From: Gammaproteobacteria bacterium
GTDB lineage: Bacteria > Pseudomonadota > Gammaproteobacteria > DSM-16500
NCBI GenBank assembly: GCA_035764205.1
Contig: DASTZQ010000007.1
Span: forward strand, 3,453-67,452
Length of the DNA: 64,000 nt
Reading direction: 5' to 3'
This document shows positions 58,097-64,000 of this stretch, piece after piece; the first letter of the stretch is position 1, and each line of letters opens with the position of its first letter. The notes under the pieces are model-generated. The model worked only from the letters and a program-made list of their open reading frames with translations, was not told where the DNA came from and made no database searches. The translations under genes and the position numbers were made by a program.

Positions 58097-58123
58097 AAAA
58101 CGGCCCGCCATGCGAGCCGTTTT
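58097..58123. terminator. Bidirectional intrinsic terminator
   Basis: AAAACGGC...GCCGTTTT stem-loop between convergent toxin and ihfB genes. Confidence 0.7.
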
Positions 58124-58139
58124 ATGGTGTTGGTGGTGA

Positions 58140-58478
58140 TTAATCGTTCTCATCTTCCATGTCAGCCTTAGACACTTTTTCGATGGGTTTGTGTCGGTTG
58201 GCATTCACATTCTCACGCATTTCTTTACCGGGCTTAAAGTGCGTGGCATATTTAGGATTGGTGATGAGTTTTTCACCCGTTTTAGGGTTGTGAGCACGAC
58301 GGGGTGGGCGGAAGTGTAAGTTGAAGCTGCCAAAACCGCGAATTTCAATGCGGCCACCGCTGCTTAATGTGTCGCTCATGCACTCAATGATGTGGTTCAC
58401 CGCGAGAGCAATATCTTTCTCGGGGAGATGGGGAAACTTTTTACTGAGCTCGCCTATTAGCTGTGATTTGATCAGCAT
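58140..58478 (-). CDS. ihfB: Integration host factor subunit beta
   Basis: KS.LI, RIEIRGFGSF, R.A.NPKTGE, HFKPGKEMR. Confidence 0.92.
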   Translation of the reverse strand: MLIKSQLIGELSKKFPHLPEKDIALAVNHIIECMSDTLSSGGRIEIRGFGSFNLHFRPPRRAHNPKTGEKLITNPKYATHFKPGKEMRENVNANRHKPIEKVSKADMEDEND

Positions 58479-58594
58479 GTCCGTTTCAGCCGTGCTGCCT
58501 CCGTTTATATGCTCAACTTCATTTATATAACTTAAAGCCATGCTAAGTCAAGGGGTTAGCGGGTTTTCCCCTATGCCAGTAGGTGAAGATTTTA

Positions 58595-60256
58595 TCAGTT
58601 TGACTTATTTGTGATCACAGCTGTGTTGGTGGTGGTGGCCAAAACCTTGGCGTTTAAGTCAGGGTGTGTTGCTTCAAGTTTAACCAATTCCTGGAGGTTG
58701 ATGAAAACGAAAACACGTTGTTGGCTGCGCCAGCGCTTCCAAAATTCAGCGTCGTTGATCATGAAGGCGCGCGTGTCTTGGTGGGCCATGCCGTAGGTGA
58801 GTTCATTGTGCCAATTTAAAATGCTGACCTGCCTTTGCAAATAAAATGGGAGGTCTTGGTAGTATTGGTCGTAGGTGATGACATCGTCGTTTGGTTTTAG
58901 GATGGGCTGCAAGGCTTGAGTGAGGGGCAGGATGGTGCGGCTGTCCATGTCAGGGAAGGCCGAGAAAGCCATGATTAAAAATAAACCACTGCTGAGCGCC
59001 ATGAGGGCTAAGGCGCCGGCGCGTTGCCGCTTTAGCGTGAGCAAACTGAAAAAGGTGCCAGTGATGAGCAAGCCTAAGGCCAGGGTGATGATGTGCGCTG
59101 CGGCAAGGGGGTTAGGTAGGCTGGCTGATTTTAATAAATTGACACTAATGATAAGGACAGCCACGGCCAAGACCATTAGGCTAACCAAGGCGGTTTTGAG
59201 CCTGGCCTTGCGTAAGGCGGCGGCCATGAGGATGGCCAGGGGTGGAAATACCGGCAAGATGTAAGGAATGAGCTTGGATTTAGAGAATGAGAAAAAGGTA
59301 AAGATGATCACGGCCCACACGAGCAAGAAGCTTGTTAAAGCCCGCTCAGGGTTGGGTTTAAACACCTGTTTGCAAGCCTGCACCAGCGTTTGGGGCAAGA
59401 AAACGACCCAAGGGAATAAGCCTGCCAAGAGGGTGGGGATAAAGAACCACACCGGTTGATAATGGCCGATGTCTTTCATGGTGTAGCGTAAAAAATGCTG
59501 CTCAATAAAATAAAAATAAAAGAATTCAGGGTGGCGATGATTCACGATCACGTGCCAGGGCGCGGCGATTAATAAAAACAGACAGAAAGAGGAGATCAAG
59601 GGCAGTTGCCACAAGCGGCGCCAGCCGTGGGTGAGCGCAATGAAAGCGAAAAAGACGAGCCCCGGAAAGACAATGCCAATGAGGCCTTTGGTGAGCACAG
59701 CCAAAGCGGCGGCAATGGCGGCCAGGGTGAGGGCTAAGCGTGTGCCGGCTGGGGTTTTGGCTTGATAAGCGCAAAAGGCTGCCATGAGGGTGGCGGTGTT
59801 AAAAACGGTGACGGGCAAGTCGAGGCTGACCATGTGGCTCATGACGAAATATAAGCTGGACGTGGCCAAAATGCAGGCGGCGAGCAAACCGGTGGCGCGG
59901 TCGTAAAACCAGCGTGTCCAGGCGTAGGTGAGGAGGCAGCCCACTAAACCAAGGATGGCGTTAATGCTGCGCAGTGACCATAAATTTAAACCACCGATTT
60001 TAATGGCGGCGGCGCCTAGCCAATAAAATAAAATGGGCTTTTCAAAATACCGAATGCCATTTAAAGTGGGGGTGACCCAGTCGTGGCTTGCGACCATTTC
60101 GCGAGCGATTTCAGCATAGCGGCCTTCGTCGGGCACGAATAAAGGGCGCGACCCAAGAAGAACAAAAAATAAACAACCCAGGGTGAGGGTAAGAAAAGCG
60201 AGATCCAGCCACCAAGTGAGGCGGCTTTGTGTGTGATGATGTTGTGTGTTTTGCAT
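58595..60256 (-). CDS. ArnT-like GT39 lipid glycosyltransferase
   Basis: PDEGRYAEIAREM, YFEKP, LTKG.IG, SKL.PYILP; many TM helices. Confidence 0.9.
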   Translation of the reverse strand: MQNTQHHHTQSRLTWWLDLAFLTLTLGCLFFVLLGSRPLFVPDEGRYAEIAREMVASHDWVTPTLNGIRYFEKPILFYWLGAAAIKIGGLNLWSLRSINAILGLVGCLLTYAWTRWFYDRATGLLAACILATSSLYFVMSHMVSLDLPVTVFNTATLMAAFCAYQAKTPAGTRLALTLAAIAAALAVLTKGLIGIVFPGLVFFAFIALTHGWRRLWQLPLISSFCLFLLIAAPWHVIVNHRHPEFFYFYFIEQHFLRYTMKDIGHYQPVWFFIPTLLAGLFPWVVFLPQTLVQACKQVFKPNPERALTSFLLVWAVIIFTFFSFSKSKLIPYILPVFPPLAILMAAALRKARLKTALVSLMVLAVAVLIISVNLLKSASLPNPLAAAHIITLALGLLITGTFFSLLTLKRQRAGALALMALSSGLFLIMAFSAFPDMDSRTILPLTQALQPILKPNDDVITYDQYYQDLPFYLQRQVSILNWHNELTYGMAHQDTRAFMINDAEFWKRWRSQQRVFVFINLQELVKLEATHPDLNAKVLATTTNTAVITNKSN

Positions 60257-60380
60257 GCTAAACCGGTGCTTGAAGAATGGGCAGATGTTAGCACAGGACA
60301 AATAAAGAATGAAGCAGGTTGTTCGCTAAATGGGTGATCTAACGGTATAATGTATCCAATTTTGTGTGACAAGGATAGGC

Positions 60381-61433
60381 ATGGTAATGATGAAGCGTTT
60401 ACGTTTTTTAGGCGGCCTGTTGGCGGCTTTGGTGATGGTGCCTGCTTACGCAGTGAAAGTGGGCAGCTTATATGAAGCGGAAGTGGCCGTGCCCTCGCAA
60501 GCGCCCGAGGTGCGTGCTGAAGCCATACGTCAGGGGTTTAGGGATGTCTTAATTAAGGTGAGTGGCAACCAAGACATCATTAACTTGCCGGTGATCAAAA
60601 CCAATTTAAAGCGTGCTGATTATTACGTGCAAGAGTTTGGCTATTCGCAGCCAACGGTTAACACGTCCACCTATACCTTGAAAGTACGCTTTGATGAAGA
60701 CGATGTGAATCGCTTATTAAAAAGTGCGGGGGTGGTGTATTGGGGTGAGACGCGGCCATTAACGTTAGTGTGGTTAGCGGTCACCGATGCTGATCATCAA
60801 ACCAATATCATTGGGGGTGAGACCCCAGGACCCATTCTTGAAACCATGAAAAACGAAGGTAAACGCTATGGCTTGCCTTTAATTTTCCCTGTGATGGACA
60901 TGGATGACACCAATCTTGTTTCACCAGATCACGTGAATGCAGCTTCTTTGCCTTTATTGCAAGACGCAGGCAAGCGTTACGCCCCCGATGCCATGTTAAT
61001 CGGCAACATACAACCTGGCGATAAAGGCTTTAATAGCCAATGGACACTCGCTTTAAATCAACAACAATGGTCTTACACCATCCCCGGCGATTCTTTGCAA
61101 ACCATCATGACATCAGTCATGCAACAAGTGAGCCAAACCTTGTCCACGCGTTACGTTGAAAAACAAGCCGTGCCTGATAACCAATGGATTAAGCTCACCA
61201 TTTATAATGTTTCTGAAGACCACGACCTTGAGCAACTCATGGCTTATTTAAAGCAATTGACACCGGTGCAGCAAGTGGAGCTCTCACAAGTGAACGGCGA
61301 CACCGTTGAATTGCGTGTGTTGGTGAGCGGCACGGTTTCCACTTTCCAACAAAACGCGACCATTGGCCAGCGTTTAACCTTCAAAGGTCAAGATGACACG
61401 GACAACAGTTTAACTTACACGTGGGTGCATTAA
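60381..61433 (+). CDS. DUF2066 family exported protein
   Basis: Signal peptide; LY.AEV.V, VLIKVSG, RP.TLVWL, RYGLPL.FP.MD; canonical position before hda. Confidence 0.85.
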   Translation: MVMMKRLRFLGGLLAALVMVPAYAVKVGSLYEAEVAVPSQAPEVRAEAIRQGFRDVLIKVSGNQDIINLPVIKTNLKRADYYVQEFGYSQPTVNTSTYTLKVRFDEDDVNRLLKSAGVVYWGETRPLTLVWLAVTDADHQTNIIGGETPGPILETMKNEGKRYGLPLIFPVMDMDDTNLVSPDHVNAASLPLLQDAGKRYAPDAMLIGNIQPGDKGFNSQWTLALNQQQWSYTIPGDSLQTIMTSVMQQVSQTLSTRYVEKQAVPDNQWIKLTIYNVSEDHDLEQLMAYLKQLTPVQQVELSQVNGDTVELRVLVSGTVSTFQQNATIGQRLTFKGQDDTDNSLTYTWVH

Positions 61434-62134
61434 TGCAGCATAAATTGATGCAAGTGCCATTGGGTTTGCAGCTGAACAAACAAGCCACCTTTGAAAATTA
61501 TTACATTGGTGAGCATGCTGAAGTGATCACCGCTTTAAAAAATGCAGCGCGTGGTGAAGGTGAAGCCATTATTTATTTATGCGGCCCGCGCGGTCAAGGC
61601 TTGAGCCATTTATTGCAAGCCGCGTGTTACGAAGCTTCTTTGCATCAACGCACGTCGGTTTATTTACCATTAAGAGAGCTCATTGCTTTACCCTCTGACA
61701 TGCTGTTAGGGCTTGAAAGTTTATCTTTGGTTTGCATCGACGACGTTCAAGTGTTAGCTGAAAACAAAGCCTGGGAAGAAGCGGTGTTTCATTTGTTTAA
61801 TCGCGTGCGTGACAGCGGCGGCACGCTCATGATCACCGGGCAGGTGCTGCCAAAAGAATTGCCTTTAACTTTGCCTGATTTAATCTCGCGTTTAAGTTGG
61901 GGTGTGGTCTATGCGCTGCACCCATTAACCGATAATGAAAAACTCACGGTGCTCATCATGCGTGCGCGTGAGCGCGGTATCACGCTGTCAGAAGAGGTGG
62001 GTAAATATTTATTATCCCATTGCCCTCGCCACATGCGAACCTTATTAGCCGCTTTAGACACGCTTGATAGAGCTTCTTTAGCGGCGCAACGTCGTTTAAC
62101 CATTCCCTTCGTCAAAGAAGTATTACAAATTTAG
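61433..62134 (+). CDS. hda: DnaA regulatory inactivator Hda
   Basis: Q.PL clamp-binding motif, TFENY, G.SHLLQA, IDD, PDL.SRL.WG. Confidence 0.95.
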   Translation: MQHKLMQVPLGLQLNKQATFENYYIGEHAEVITALKNAARGEGEAIIYLCGPRGQGLSHLLQAACYEASLHQRTSVYLPLRELIALPSDMLLGLESLSLVCIDDVQVLAENKAWEEAVFHLFNRVRDSGGTLMITGQVLPKELPLTLPDLISRLSWGVVYALHPLTDNEKLTVLIMRARERGITLSEEVGKYLLSHCPRHMRTLLAALDTLDRASLAAQRRLTIPFVKEVLQI

Positions 62135-62138
62135 TTGA

Positions 62139-63449
<1,311 letters not shown>

Positions 63450-63459
63450 GAGTTGCTGC

Positions 63460-63735
63460 ATGCGTTTTTACATGATTATTGCTGTGATGGCGAGTGTGTT
63501 TGTTTTCTTGCAATATCATTTGTGGTTTGAGTCGGGCGGCATACGCGATATGATGCGTTTAAAGCGCCAGCTAGCCTTAGAAATGAAAACCAACGATGAA
63601 ATTAAGCGCAGCAATGAGGCGCTGCTCGATCAATTAAAACGTATGCAATACAGCCAAGATGCCACTGAATCCCGTGCGCGTAATGAATTGGGCATGGTTA
63701 AGCAAGGTGAAACATTTTATCAAGTGATTAAATAG
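63460..63735 (+). CDS. ftsB: Cell division protein FtsB
   Basis: TM helix, LQY.LW...GG, coiled coil, E.RAR.ELGMVK.GETFY. Confidence 0.93.
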   Translation: MRFYMIIAVMASVFVFLQYHLWFESGGIRDMMRLKRQLALEMKTNDEIKRSNEALLDQLKRMQYSQDATESRARNELGMVKQGETFYQVIK

Positions 63736-63752
63736 CGGTTAGGGAGCAAGCA

Positions 63753-64000
63753 ATGAAAATTTTAATTAGTAACGATGATGGCGTGCACGCACCAGGGCTT
63801 GCGCGTTTGGCGGATGCCTTGGGTAAAATTGCGGATGTCATCGTGGTTGCGCCTGATCGTAATCGAAGCGGGGTGAGTAACTCCTTAACGCTTGAAAACC
63901 CTTTGCGTGTGATCACTGCGGTGAATGGGTTTTACAGTGTGAATGGTACGCCAACGGACTGTGTGCACATTGCGATTACGGGCTTGTTAAAAGAAATGCC
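63753..64000 (+). CDS. surE: 5'/3'-nucleotidase SurE (partial, runs off the window)
   Basis: Manual translation [16 protein letters not shown]...[16 protein letters not shown]...NGTPTDCVH. Confidence 0.97.
   Translation, partial: MKILISNDDGVHAPGLARLADALGKIADVIVVAPDRNRSGVSNSLTLENPLRVITAVNGFYSVNGTPTDCVHIAITGLLKEM

Overview
A 64-kb chromosomal window from a Legionellales/Coxiellales-like gammaproteobacterium. This is inferred from gatCAB, an LbtU-like porin, PmrA-type boxes, many effector-like orphans and the eno-ftsB-surE order. Housekeeping blocks: folD with a Pro-Arg-His-Lys tRNA cluster; rmuC-rseP-rlpA-mltB-rodA-mrdA; hemH-htpX-lemA; gatCAB; mreBCD-yhdP; rnfB-metG/apbC-dcd; ihfB; arnT-like; DUF2066-hda-eno-ftsB-surE. 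An AT-rich accessory stretch after tRNA-Lys (about 2.3-12.7 kb) holds an ABC exporter, three GNATs, a degenerate shikimate-kinase-like gene, an oxidoreductase, and a RAYT transposase with 118-bp BIME-like REP arrays bracketed by 58-bp direct repeats. A second stretch (about 13-27 kb) is rich in orphan and secreted proteins. There are three type II toxin-antitoxin pairs. Most notable: (1) a Sec-signal protein made of tandem flagellin D1-like modules with no D0 domain; (2) four orphan genes, including a Rab-like GTPase, sharing a PmrA-type box exactly 11 nt upstream of a -10 hexamer; (3) the REP/RAYT cassette; (4) an apparent AUC start for mreC. All family calls come from motif recognition by eye; no database searches were run.
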